The notes beneath the pieces are model-generated. The model did no database searches. It was not told the DNA's origin and worked only from the letters and a program-made list of their open reading frames with translations. Position numbers and translations under genes: made by a program. 64,000 bases of DNA from Octopus sinensis (lineage: Eukaryota), in the NCBI RefSeq assembly GCF_006345805.1, contig NC_042998.1, positions 196,230,001 to 196,294,000 on the forward strand, read 5' to 3'. Below, in pieces: positions 1 through 12,781 of the stretch; the first letter of the stretch is position 1, and every line of letters begins with the position of its first letter.

Positions 1-280
1 TTGGAACACACCTGTACAATTCCGGAACACACCTGTATAAATTCGAAACAGAATTGTGTAATTTCGGAACGCCCCTGTACAATTTTGGAACGTATTTACT
101 GAATTCCAGAACACACCTGTATAATTTCCACCTGAATACATTCGGAGTACACCTGTTCAATTTCGGAACTCACCAAAACAATTTCTGAATACCACTGTAT
201 AATTCCGGAACACACTTATACAATTTCAGAACATACGCGTATAAATTCGAAGCATACCTGTACTGTTCAAAATACACCTG
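1..280. repeat. Degenerate ~21-bp minisatellite (consensus approx. AATTTCGGAACACACCTGTAC), about 13 units, runs off the window start
   Basis: Recurrent TTC(G)GAACACACCTGTA(C/T)AA at ~21-bp spacing; no unique spacers. Confidence 0.8.
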
Positions 281-479
281 GGGAGGAATTTCAACCGTGT
301 TTCGTGGTCTGCTACCACAACAGCTCCTTTATAGGATCCAGTTAGCTCAAAAGGAACTACGTCCGGTTTCGGCTCCTATTTCTCTACAGTTTTGACGTGG
401 CGGGGCCCCACCTTTCGGAGGTGTCTTCAGCTCTGGTGATGGGTGCATGTCTTCTTTCGTCTTCTTTCTTCTGTTCCCT

Positions 480-720
480 GGCCTCTTCGATGTAGCGTCA
501 ACGAGTATCAGCGGGCGACTGACTGTCTTGTCAAATTTTTTCCTTTAATTCTGGTCTGTATTTCTGAAATCAATCGGGATTGTATGGCGAGTGTATAAGG
601 GAATCTATGGTAAGTAGTTCTTCACATATTCTTTCTAGTGTGTATATTAATGTCTAGCAAATGTGAGGTGAGCATATTGATCGTGAGCTAATAGGTGTTT
701 CTAACAGAGGGCAAGTGGCC
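480..720 (-). pseudogene. Possible decayed Penelope-like GIY-YIG C-terminus
   Basis: Minus-strand translation with breaks gives KHLLAH...EELLTIDSL...QKYRPELK, resembling the end of PLE GIY-YIG domains; several disruptions. Confidence 0.25.
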
Positions 721-1010
721 CCGAATTTGGAGAAAGGAAACATTCGAAATATATCAAACTCCAGTATTTGACTGGTACTACCAGGACTGTTATAAGGATC
801 ACTTGGCAATCACCCTGAGGCTCCTCGGGTTTAGGATGCCAAACTACTACATGGTGTCCCAAAAGTCACTGATGGGTTTCAATTTTTAATAATTTCCTTA
901 ACTTTGCAAATAAATGCATGAAATTTTGATACAATATAAAGAATATAATGGAAATTTTTATGCACATATCAAATTTTGCAACACCACTACATCACATATG
1001 AAAAATATAT

Positions 1011-1423
1011 ATTTCTTTACTACCCACAAGGGGCTAAACACAGAGAGGACAAACAAGGACAGACAAACGGATAAGGTTGATTACATCGATCACAGTGAGT
1101 AACTGATACTCAATTTATCGACCCCGAAAGAATGAAAGGCAAAGTCGACCACGGCGGAATTTGAACTTAGAACGTAGCGGCAGACCAAATACCTATTTCT
1201 TTACTACCCACAAGGGGCTAAACACAGAGAGGACAAACAAGGACAGAGAAAGGGATAAAGTCGATTACATCGACGCCAGTGCGTAACTGGTACTTAATTT
1301 ATCGACCCCGAAAGGATGAAAGGCAAAGTCGACCTCGGCGGAATTTGAACTCAGAACATAAAGGCAGACGAAATACCGCTAAGCATTTCGCCCGGCGTGC
1401 TAACGTTTCTTCAGCTCGCCGCC
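1011..1423 (-). mobile_element. tRNA-derived SINE family A, tandem array (full copy plus a repeated 3' unit)
   Basis: Reverse complement of GGCGGCGAGCTGGCAGAAACGTTAGCACGCCGGGCGAAATG...GTGGGTAGTAAAGAAATA; homologous to >10 other copies in the window. Confidence 0.9.
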
Positions 1424-1429
1424 TTTGAA

Positions 1430-1700
1430 AAAAATCATCGCTTAAATGGCAGCCATTTTCGGCTTCGCATGCCCGTGCTCTTTGCAAACCTTGCACCATA
1501 ACATCCTCAGGAGTATCAGACCCAACCTCTCTGATTCTTCTATTGATGTTCTCCTTCAGTTGCACCAGGGTGTCCGATTTGTTGACATAAACTTGTTGAG
1601 GCCCACGCTTGCAGTATCTGGTCCTGTATCCTGATGGCAATGTTGGGATCATTGGTACCATGCAGCGGCGCCCCGTCCAACTGTTTGTGTAAGTGACAAT
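1430..1700 (-). pseudogene. Tc1/mariner transposase remnant (C-terminus)
   Basis: Minus frames give LDGAPLH (DGAPxH catalytic-D motif) and VYVNKSDTLVQLKENI...RARACEAENGCHLSDDFF, matching the VY..KP.TL..LK..I...GGHL.D C-terminal pattern. Confidence 0.55.
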
Positions 1701-1750
1701 GCCAAAGTTTGGAACAAGCGTTTCTAGGATTTTCCAGATGTATATTACGC

Positions 1751-1974
1751 TTTTACTCTTTTACCTGTTTCAGTCATTTGACTGTGGTCATGCTGGAGCA
1801 TCGCCTTTAGTCGAGGAAATCGACCCCAGGACTTATTCTTTATAAGCCTAGTACTTATTCTATCGGTCTCTTTTGCCGAGCCGCTAAGTTACGAGGACGT
1901 AAACACACCAGCATCGGTTGTCAAACGATGTTAGGGGGAGGGGGAAAACACAGACACACAAACACCACACACAC

Positions 1975-2007
<33 letters not shown>

Positions 2008-2168
2008 CGACGGGCTTCTTTCAGTTTCCATCTACCAAATCCACTCACAAAGCTTTGGGTCGCCCGAGGTATAGCAGAAGACACTTGCCCAAGGTGCCAC
2101 GCAGTGGGACTGAACCGGAACCATGTGGTTGGTTAGCAAGCTACTTACCACACAGCCACTCCTGCGCC
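1751..2168 (-). mobile_element. tRNA-derived SINE family B (internal TA/TG microsatellite)
   Basis: Reverse complement of GGCGCAGGAGTGGCTGTGTGGTAAGTAGCTTGC...GACTGAAACAGGTAAAAGAGTAAA; about 20 homologous copies in the window. Confidence 0.9.
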
Positions 2169-2237
2169 TATATATATATATATATATATATATACGTTTA
2201 AATATTGGCTAAACTGGCAAAATGACCATTCCTAAAT

Positions 2238-2279
<42 letters not shown>

Positions 2280-2779
2280 TCGCTTTGGCTCCAGGGACTA
2301 GAGTCTTAACCCTTTCAGTTTCTCCCAGTCGCTTATATGTCACATTGTATCGATCTTCCTTTTGTAGCTTCGCTGGATCGCTTCGAGTTGCTGCGTTAAT
2401 TTTACACTGTTTGGGGACCACACTTAGGAGCAGCAATCTAGACGGCTGAGAACGAAAGTCTTCCAGAGGACCATCAAGGTTCCCTTTTGTTTTGAAAGTT
2501 CGAAGGATCCACTCGGTCAGACGTCTGCCTTTTTTTTTTAAAGTACCTTACTCGAAAGGTTTTAGAAAAACTACCTCAGAATGTATCATCTTAACCTATG
2601 CCTGCATGGAAAAAAAAAACATAAAAACAATGATAATGGCAATGACACACATACAATGGGCTTCCACGCAGTTTCTATTTACCAAATAGTCAACATGAAC
2701 CTAGATTAGAAGACACCATTGTGCTATAAAGAGGAATTGAACCCAGAATATGTGTGTGCGTGTATATGCGTGTGGTGTC

Positions 2780-2840
<61 letters not shown>

Positions 2841-2842
2841 GT

Positions 2843-3054
2843 GTGTTTGTCCCACACCAATGCTTGACAACCGATGTTGGTTTGATTACGTCCTCGTAAC
2901 TTAGCGGATCGGCAAAAAGACAAATAGTAAATAAACTAAGTGCCAGGCTTTAAAAAGTAAGTACTCGGTTCGATTCCCTTCGACTAAAAATTCCTCAAGA
3001 CGGAGCTCCAGTATGGCCACAGTCTAATGATTGAAACACGTGACAGATAAAAGA
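2843..3054 (+). mobile_element. SINE family B, 3' half
   Basis: GCTTGACAACCGATG...GCTCCAGTATGGCCACAGTC...TTGAAACA. Confidence 0.8.
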
Positions 3055-3057
3055 TAT

Positions 3058-3366
3058 TTGTGCATGCGTCTATGTGTATGTGTGCGTGCGTGTGCGTGCG
3101 TGCGTGCGTGTGTGTGAGTGTATGCGCCTGTATGTATGTGTGTATATGTATGTGTGTGTGTCTGTGTGTCTGTATGTGTATATGTGTATGCATCTGTGCA
3201 TGTGTACGTGTGTGTGTGTGTGTGCATGTGTGTGTATGTCTGTGTATGTGTATGAGTGCGAGTGAGTGTGACTGTGTATGTGTATGTGGTATGTGTAAAT
3301 GTGTGTGCATGTGTGTGTGCATACGTGTATGTATGTGTTGCGTGTGCGTGTGTCTAAGTGTTAATG

Positions 3367-3407
<41 letters not shown>

Positions 3408-3645
3408 TCGGTTTAGTCATGGCGACGTGTTTAACGAGAGAGGTTTTAGTCGAGATTAGAGAAGATGAAGTAAATCGTGCGGAAGGAACGGCAGGAGTGA
3501 GGAGGGGTGGTCATGGGGGGAACATTGACTCACAGTAAAATAGCTAGAGACGCACGTCTGTGTACATGCACATACACAGATACATGCACACAGAGACGTA
3601 CACATACATACACAGACGCAATACACACACACTCACACACACACA

Positions 3646-3678
<33 letters not shown>

Positions 3679-3853
3679 AATACATACATACACGCAAATA
3701 TGTATATATATATCTGTGTGTGTGGTGTGTGTGTGTACGTTTGTATGTGTGTATGTTCACGTTTCTATGTGTGCGTGTATATATATATATATCTATATAT
3801 ATGTACAAATATATATTATACGTATACAGATACACACACACACATATATACAT

Positions 3854-3888
<35 letters not shown>

Positions 3889-4257
3889 CATATACACGCC
3901 CACAGGCACACACATATAGAGAAAGATACACACACACACACACTCACGTGCACACACACGCACACGCGCATACACGCACATACGCATTCATATCAATGAT
4001 ATAAGTTATATAAATACATAATCGCACACGCGACGGTACATGCATTTGCACGTGCTTGCGTGTTTATGTGTGTGTGTGTGTGTGAAAGAGAGAGGTGGGG
4101 AGAAAGTGTGTGAGAAAGAAAGAAATAAAGGGAAAGAAAGAAAAACGAAAAAAGAAAATAAAGTGCGTGTGTGTGTGTGTGAGCGTGCGGGAGAGAGAGA
4201 GAGAAAGAGAGATAGAGATAGAAACAGAGAGAAAGAGAGGGAGAGCGAGGTAGAAAC

Positions 4258-4289
<32 letters not shown>

Positions 4290-4435
4290 GTAGAAACAGA
4301 GAGAAAGAGAGAGAGAGAGGTAGAAACAGAGAGAAAGAGGGAGAGAGAGAGGTAGAAACAAAGAGAAGAGAGAGAGAGAGGTAGAAACAGAGAGGAAGAG
4401 AGGGAGAGAGAGGTAGAAACAGAGAGAAAGAGAGC

Positions 4436-4468
<33 letters not shown>

Positions 4469-4549
4469 GTAGAAACAGAGAGAAAGAGAGGGAGAGAGAG
4501 AGAGAAAGAGCGAAAGAGAGAGAGAAACAAAGAGAGAGGGAGAAAAGGA

Positions 4550-4582
<33 letters not shown>
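3058..4582. repeat. Compound microsatellite field: (TG)n, (CA)n/(TA)n, then (GA)n with recurrent GGTAGAAACAGAGAG
   Basis: Direct inspection; explains the many low-complexity ORFs here. Confidence 0.95.
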
Positions 4583-4585
<3 letters not shown>

Positions 4586-6177
4586 CAGTTGGTGTTGGGT
4601 TAGTACATTTGTACGGAATTAGAGATGATCTCGGTGTAGGAAATGAAGATCATACACCACCATTTAATGGTAGAGGAATTCTGAGACAAGTGAACGGTTG
4701 TTTAATTGAATATGAGACGAAAATGAAAGCAGAGAATGATACTTTATTCAAATTATTCAGCTAGATTTACAAATCAAACAGCAGCTTCGACAAAATGTCG
4801 CTGAACGTAATTACATTATCGGCCATGTTGCCACGTCATAACAATGTCTGCCGATCGACGAAATACAAAGGTCAATAAAAACAAAATAACAAACATCTGC
4901 TTTTAAATAACTTTGCTTTCTTTTTTATCCTTCTGCGTCTCAATAGTCAGCTTCACAGCTTCATCGTTTATTTATTAATTTAATAATCGAACAAACTAAT
5001 TGTTTTCAATGGACGACCAGTTCTATTGTTTTGATTTTTAAAATATTTTCAAAAAATCTTTAAGAAAAAGTGTTCGGTACGAATAGAGATATGGGGGCAT
5101 GCGTGGCTGCGTGGTTAAACGGTTCTCTTCACAACCTTGAGCTTACGAGTTCTGTCCCACTCTAATGATGTCTTTTATCTTAGCCTTGAGTTGATCAATG
5201 CTTTGTGAATGAATTTAGAGGACGAAGGCTGTCGCTTGTAATCGAATAACACGCCATTATGGTCTGTAAAAGAGCAAATTAGGGTTTTGTTGTCACGATG
5301 CATCTCTGTTTCATGTTCCACATTGAAGGAATAGTCGTTCGTCATTTTCGCAGCTAGTAAGTCGGTTGAGATGCTATTTCTAATCGTTTCCAATTTATCT
5401 ACCTTCCCCTCTAATCTATTATCCCTTTCGACAATTCTTCGATATACGCTATCGATTCTTCTTTAATGACTCCTTTCACAGGAACCCACCATCAGTCGTT
5501 GACAATCGCTCTCTTCCGTCAACTTCCGCTTAAACTGTTCACCAATCGGATCATTAGAACTTCAGCACCAAGAGCGACGCGTTTAGTACGCTGTATCTAG
5601 GATCCCATCAATGCTCCATAATTAGACGGATCATAAATTTGTGATCTACAGTTAACTCAGATACGATACATTGACAGGAGCCTGAATAGTCAGCTATACA
5701 GATCACAAAGTCATGCTTTCTGTAGCCGACCAGTCGACATTGTGGAAAAGAAAAGAAAGAATTCATTTATCTTATATTCCGCTCAATTGGCTAATTCAGG
5801 ATTTTGAAGATTCCCCAAAAGTCTCCTTCAACTTTGCATAAGAGCCTTACACCTTAAAACCCCAATGTCACGCAAAATTTCCATCAACTATTGTTTATCG
5901 ACTTCTATTTTGGTCTTTACAAGAAATCTGACGTTTAAGTTACCATGGTTCAATGATTTATATTTCCAACTATTAAATAGGTTTTTATCTTCTTTTTTTC
6001 TTTGCCTAAAAATTGACTTCCATCAATACCTTTGTCTTCGCTCTCTTTTTCCAACAGATTCTTTCAACAGGCGTTTGTTTATGTCTTTCCTTTCTTATTT
6101 GCATTTCTTCGTTGCTTTCGTAAAGAAAAGGTCTGTCTGTATGTCGTTGTCATTGCGATTGTTCTGGCTGATTCTTT

Positions 6178-6271
6178 TTGCTGTTGCTGCTGCTGCTGCT
6201 GTTGTTGTTGTTGTTGTTTTTGTTGTTGTTGCTGTTGTTGTTTTTGTTGTTGTTGTTGTTGTTGTTGTTGC
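6178..6271. repeat. (GCT)n/(GTT)n trinucleotide microsatellite
   Basis: Direct inspection. Confidence 0.9.
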
Positions 6272-6668
6272 TTCTGTGCAAGCAGATGCTCCTTTTCGTT
6301 GGGTTTGCGAATTTAGTCGTTTTTGATTTTTGTGTTGTTCTTGTGGTTGTCTGAATTCAGATGATGCTTACTTCCACATACGTAGCATCCTAGGCCTTCC
6401 ACCCTGCATCACCACTTTCATCGATTTCCTTTCTACACCCTTCACGGAGACTAAACTCCGGAACTGTTCATTGGTCTCCGGGTGTCATTTAGATTTGGAT
6501 GTCCATCAAAATGCATTCTGACCACATGTTGTTTCTAGTCACACATGCATCCTTCCATCAGTCCCTACTGTCACACAAAGAAGACGATAAACCAAAAGAA
6601 CAGTGCCATCACCAATTTCCTTCATCGTAACCCTCATATAACGTCATCCTGTGTATTATGACACTAGT

Positions 6669-8171
6669 GGAGGCGCAATGGCCCAGTGGATAGGGCAGCG
6701 GACTCGCGGTCATAGGATCGCGGTTTCGATTCCCAGACCGGGCGTTGTGAGTGTTTATTGAGTCTGGACTCTTTCGAGGTGCTGTATGTCTTTGAGGAGA
6801 TAAGGAGAAGAGGCTTGAATCCCATACTCCAATATGGGTCTCACCCGCGTGACATAGAGTGGCAGGAATATGGCTGCTGTGAGCATTCCGAATGACCGTC
6901 GAATCAAAAACAGAATTCCGCGCGCTTTGTTGGCAGCATGGACGCACTGGGCCGAAGGCGAAAAGGAGGAATCCACCAAGATACCCAGGTCCTTTACCTG
7001 ATCGGTCCTCTCCAGCAGCAGACGACCCGGCTCAAAATCAAGTTGAGTTGCAGGAGTAGAGCCGACAGGCAGATGACAGCACTTTGACACGTTCAGACAC
7101 AGGTCCCAATCGTTAGACCACTTCCAAATTTGGTGGAGGCATCGACGAAGATCCTCTATACTACCACGAGGAGCGACCAGTTTGATATCGTCGGCAAATA
7201 GAAGGGTGTGTTGCGTGAGGTCGTCGGGCAAGTCATTTATGAAGACTAAGAACAACAAGGGCCCAAGCACTGAACCTTGAGGCACGCCACTGCTCGCACT
7301 GGAGACGTCGGACCGCGAACCATTAACTTGAACTTGGAAGGAGCGATCTGAGAGGAAGGCACCAACCCATCGTACAATATCCGGATGGAAACTATATGCT
7401 TGAAGCTTGACAAGTAGTAGGCGGTGGTTTACCGAGTCAAAAGCTTTGGCAAAGTCCAATAAAACGATGTCAACAGCATCACTATCATCGAGGATGCGCG
7501 TCACCAATTCTTCCATTACTAGTAAGTTGGTCAAGCATGATCTCTTCGGCACGAAGCCGTGTTGGGAATCAGTGATCGAGGCTGTGTTTAGGAGGTGGAG
7601 CATCATACTTTTCTTAAGGATGGTTTCGAACATCTTGCTGATTATTGATGTAAGGGAAACCGGTCGGTAGTTAAGCGGGTCTTCGCGGCTCCCTTTCTTG
7701 AAAATTGGGCAGATTATCGCTGTTCTCCAGTCTGCAGGTATAACACCCGTCGCCAATGACATATTGAATAGTCGTGTTAAGGGCTCGCAGATGACCGGAG
7801 CCAACGCTTTGATAACCCGTGGGTGTATGCCGTCAGGGCCGTGACCCTTGTTGACATCGAGGCCTTGAATAACACGTTTGACTTGGTCCCGCGTGATGAT
7901 CAATCGAAGCATTGGAGGTACGGTGGTGATCCCTGCTGTACTCTTTCACCACAACTTTCTCTCACTCTTACTTCCTGTTTCTGTTGTACCTGTATTTCAA
8001 GGGGCCGGCCTTGTCACTCTCTGTGTCACGCTGAATATCCCCGAGAACTGCGTTAAGGGTACACGTGTCTGTGGAGTGCTCAGCCACTTACACGTTAATT
8101 TCACGAGTAGGCTGTTCCGTTGATTCGGATCAACCGGAACCCTCATCGTCGTAACCGACGGAGTGCTTCCA
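6669..8171 (+). mobile_element. SINE family C split by an antisense LINE RT fragment (head 6669-6762, tail ~7922-8171)
   Basis: Head GGAGGCGCAATGGCCCAGTGG...GTGTTTATTGAG and tail GGTGGTGATCCCTGCTG...ACCGACGGAGTG match the uninterrupted copy at 22892-23274. Confidence 0.85.
6763..7924 (-). mobile_element. Internal fragment of a CR1/L2-type non-LTR retrotransposon reverse transcriptase, 385-aa uninterrupted ORF
   Basis: GPDGIHP, W..A...PIFKKG, NYRPVSLTS, QHGF..KRSCLTNLL, DFAKAFDSV, GVPQGSVLGPLLF, FADDIKL, DLGILVD motifs; truncated at both ends. Confidence 0.9.
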
Positions 8172-8563
8172 TCCATTATGACACTGGCCTAAGGTCAGGT
8201 GTGTGGCGCATCAGCTCGGCATATTTCCTCGCTGTGTCCTCAAATTTGAAACTAAGTATACGGTCCTACAAACCTCATATAGACTGATGGAATGGATATA
8301 TCTCCTACACATAGACCAGTGCTACATCCCGTTCTTCCTTTGGGATCATAAAAAATACCCTTGTATTTTTAGAGTTGCGAAGATATGCGGCCTCGACCTT
8401 GCTCGCCCTTGGATAAAGACATCACGTGGAGAAGCGTCATCCTTTGCGACGTAGTTTTTTTTTTCTTTTGCTAGGTCACACATTTAATTCTTCTTTATGA
8501 CTAGTAATACTAGCGAAAGAATTGGTGTTTCCGTTTGTATTACTCAAAACAACACTTTTAACT

Positions 8564-8899
8564 AAAGATTATTTGTCAACATAACATGGCAGTCCTGGTT
8601 TAGGACGAATGTTGCTGTAATTTAGCCCCAGAAGTCATCGTCTCCAGTTGGCTATACGACACGATCTGTAACCTTATATTTTCAAACAAGGGAATCTAGC
8701 ACCCCCCCCCCCCCACTCAGCTCAAAATTATATCTGTGTATCGCAATTTCTGGGTTATTTCCTTTCATCAGCACAGAATAATTGTTCGGCTAGAGGTGGT
8801 GCTGCCAAATTCCAGCTGGAGACGATGTCTCCTGGGGCTAAATTACAGCAACATTCGTCCTAAATCAGGACTACCATGTTATATTGGCAAACAATCTTT
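8564..8899. mobile_element. Foldback/MITE-like element, ~87-bp imperfect terminal inverted repeats
   Basis: 8564-8651 is the near reverse complement of 8812-8899. Confidence 0.75.
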
Positions 8900-9849
8900 A
8901 CTCCAAAGTACTGTTGCTGAATATCTCTCGTCGTGAGATTTACAAATAGTAATGTTCTAACAATTTTAACAATCAAATTTAGTGTCTTTACTTCTTTTGA
9001 AAAAAAGTGGATGTGTTGTTGTTATTGTTGTTTGGGGGCACGCAAGCGCAAGACCGTCCTGTCTGGCGAAGCTGCATCAACAGAAGTGCCACCCTTACGA
9101 ACAGAACAAGATTCTAGGAGTACAAAGAAAACGTGAACTCCACAAGTCCAAGGCCAACTCCTTGCCTTCAGTCCCAACAGACCGCCAGTGCCCGGTCTGC
9201 GCCAGAGCCCTTCCGTGAATGCAACCAGGCACAACATCTTCTTCTCTCATGTGATGTGATGTCTTTGGTCATCGTCGACAACGAATGACGACTAAAAATA
9301 ATAGAGGTATCGTACAATTTGTTCAAATTGAAGTTTGAAACGTTTGAATATCATCAGATTTAGACATGTTTTTAGTACAATATATCTGACTGCTGTAAAA
9401 TCAAATTAAATTTCTTTTCGTTTTAACTTATTATTTTTCAGCTCTGCGTGAAATTTCCAATTCGTTTTATTTCTTTGAGGAGGTGTTTTTCTGTCGGGAA
9501 GCCATCTTTGGTTAGATGTTATCAAAAAAACAGAAGAAAAATATAATTATGTCAAAAAATGTTAGACCTTATGTCTCCCGAGGTACAGAGGCAGACGATG
9601 AACGCGTTCTTGAATCTTCTGAGTTGAAAAACATCCAAAAAGGAATTTTCTGTTTTAGTTGTTCTTGGTAAAAATCCAAAATTCTGGGAGTTTTCTACTA
9701 CGTCTGTACAAGGAAAACATAACAACAACAACAATAATAATATGTCTGCCTTTGTGTTGTCCCCCTCATCCGTCGCCCTGATGGCAAATTATAGAAAGCA
9801 TTATCATCATCATCACCATCATTATCATGACTGATGTTGTTGCTGTTGT

Positions 9850-9850
9850 A

Positions 9851-9915
<65 letters not shown>
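9850..9915. repeat. (TTA)n microsatellite, 3' flank of a minus-strand Dong fragment
   Basis: Direct inspection. Confidence 0.95.
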
Positions 9916-9919
<4 letters not shown>

Positions 9920-10496
9920 TAGTTTTATTTTTATAGCCTGCTTTCACTTCACTACCGAGCGCAGCTCTGTTGTGCCTTGGGTATGTGCTGTGATTTGTTG
10001 TGATGCTCTGATGGTTATTGTATGGAAAGTGTTCTGCGTAGGATGTGTGCAGTGCCTAGTAGTGCAATTTTCTGTATGTTATATGTGTTTGTAAGTCCTG
10101 GTGTTTTTGTTATGTATCTGTCTGAATATTTTTTTATCATGCCTAATGCACCTACTATGATAGGAATTGTTTCTGTTTTTAGATTCCACATTCTAGTTAC
10201 CTCTATTTCCAGGTCTTTGTATTTTGAGAGTTTTTCCATTTCTTTTAGAGACACGTTGTCATCAGCCGGTATTGATACATCAATTAGAAAACATTTTTTT
10301 CTTCATGATCTCTGACAACTATATCTGGTCTGTTGGCCTTAATTTCTCTATCTGTGTGTATTGGCATATCCCATAGTATGGTTGCTTTCTCGTTTTCTGT
10401 GACCTTTTCTGGTGTGTGCCTATACCATCTTTTTTCTGTTGTTATTCTATAAGACCAGAAGCCATGAGAGCCACTGTCTGGTACTGCATCAGGGCA
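9916..10496 (-). mobile_element. R4/Dong-clade LINE 3' fragment (restriction-like endonuclease + 3' UTR) fused to a 47-nt non-coding 5' segment
   Basis: WYRHTPEKV...ILWDMPIHTDREIKANRPDIVV...KYKDLEIEVTRMW...IPIIVGALG...HILRRTLSIQ*; one frameshift; (TAA)n on both sides. Confidence 0.9.
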
Positions 10497-10514
10497 AGTT
10501 ATTATTATTATTAT

Positions 10515-11112
10515 TATTCTATGTTTGACTTTTGCTTTACATTCGCACAAGCTGGCTCCAAGTCTCACCCAGAGACCTCAAGAGACAAAAAATTGGAAGT
10601 TCGTGTTGGTGTTATGCCTAGGGTGCCATATATTTGGTTTTGTACTTAGTGTTGTACTAGTGAATGTCTAAAAATACATACGAAAATTATGATTGTTTTA
10701 AAACTTGAGACTACATAGAAAGTATTTTGCGTAGCATATGAGCAGTTCCCATGAGCACTATCTTTTGAATTTCTGCCATTTTGGGGTTTTGGTATCTGAG
10801 TTAGGTAGCAATCAGCCCTTTTTGCTATCATTCCCAGGGCACCTATGACAACAGGTATTGTTTTAGTCGTCAGGTTCCACATTTTGCTGATTTCTATTTC
10901 AAGATCTTAATATTTGCTCAGTTTCTGGTAGGCCTTGACAGATAGGTTTATATCGATTGGGACAGTCATGTCAATGAGGAGGCATGATTTTTGTCTGAAG
11001 TCTTTCAATATGATGTCTGGCCTATTCGCATCTATCTTTCTGTCAGTTTGAATGGTGAAGTTCCAGAGGAGTGAGATGTGGTCATTTTCAAGCACTGGAG
11101 GTGGTTTGTGTT
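10515..11112 (-). mobile_element. Second R4/Dong family 3' fragment with ~200-bp 3' UTR
   Basis: LLWNFTIQTDRKIDANRPDIILKD...CLLIDMTVPID...MWNLTTKTIPVVIGALG; UTR homologous to 61013-61255. Confidence 0.85.
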
Positions 11113-11562
11113 ATCATGGGGCGGCGAGCTGGCAGATCCGTTAACATGTCGGACAAAACGCTGAGATACATTTTGTTTTTCTATCTCAGTATGTTTTAAG
11201 TTCACAATCTGACATGCACCAACTTTGCTTTCATCGTTTCGGGGTCGACACAATAAAGTACCTGTCAAGCACCTACCGCCGAATCTATTCCAACACTGTG
11301 TCTATTGTTGGAAGAATTATAATTGTCGTCGTCGTTGTCTTCGTCGTCGTCATTGTAAGACGGGCTATGTAAATTTCGTATATACCTTTTCTTTATTAAT
11401 TACCTCTGGAATTCTAATTTTCTGGTCTTTGATATCAAATTTCAGTTTTCAACCAGGATGTTGTCAGGCCGTTCATGTTAGGTTTCACTTTACGACTAAA
11501 AAGGACAATTTGTTAATAATTTTGTATTTACGTGTGGGTTAGGTTCTATTTCGTTGAGGATT

Positions 11563-12146
<584 letters not shown>

Positions 12147-12199
12147 ATTCATTCCATTATCAACCTTTTTGACATACTTTTGAAATCTATTATCGTGAC

Positions 12200-12513
12200 T
12201 CGTTACGACGATGAGGGTTCCGGTTGATCCGATCAACGGAACAGCCTGCTCTTGAAATTAATGTGCAAGTGGCTGAGTACTCCACAGACACGTGGAGCCT
12301 TTATGTAGTTCTCTGGGAGATCTAGCGTGACACAGAGTGTGACAAGGCTGGCTCCCTTTGAATTACAGGTACAACTGATTTTTGCGAGCTGAGTGGACTG
12401 GAGCAACGTGAAAAAAAGTGTCTTACCGAAGGGCACAACGCGGCGCCGGGAATCGAACTCATGGCTTTATGATCGTGAACCGACTATTCTAACCACTAAG
12501 CCACACGCCTTCA
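12200..12513 (-). mobile_element. tRNA-derived SINE family D (shares its 3' tail with family C)
   Basis: Reverse complement of GTGAAGGCGTGTGGCTTAGTGGTTAG...GTCACACTCTGTGTCACGCT...GATCAACCGGAACCC. Confidence 0.85.
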
Positions 12514-12702
12514 CCACACATACGCACAAACAGTCGCACACACATGTACGCTAAATAGAGTGATTGAGAGAGAGAGGGAGGGACATTACAGATACATACA
12601 AATATAAGTAGATACTCACACAAATAAACAGAGTATGAGATGAAGGAAGCACGAGAGACATTAAAACGACAGATGTCAAATAAGTCAGCGTTGAATTAGC
12701 GA

Positions 12703-12781
12703 CGCCAAAACGGCTGCGCCAAAACGACTGCGCCAAAACGACTGCGCCAAAACGACTGCGCCAAAACGACTGCGCCAAAAC
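12703..12781. repeat. 14-bp tandem repeat (GCGCCAAAACGACT), ~6 copies
   Basis: CGCCAAAAC at 12703, 12717, 12731, 12745, 12759, 12773. Confidence 0.95.

Noticed and set aside
1-280. CRISPR-like appearance of the 21-bp array (also the 14-bp arrays at 12703 and 15521 and the 50-bp array at 62351)
   Set aside because: Contiguous tandem units without unique spacers, no cas genes, eukaryotic context.
355-435. Minus-strand CTGAAGA ... GAAACCGGAC hammerhead candidate
   Set aside because: Triplet is GAC, stem II does not close and stem I does not pair; at most a dead relic.
5481-5600. Strong plus-strand acceptor (CTCCTTTCACAG) at 5480
   Set aside because: All frames stop within ~40 codons, and no donor or homology was recognised.
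6669-6745. tRNA genes at SINE heads (also 20911, 22892, 32995, 46690)
   Set aside because: A/B-box-like sequences run directly into SINE bodies; no complete cloverleaf can be supported.
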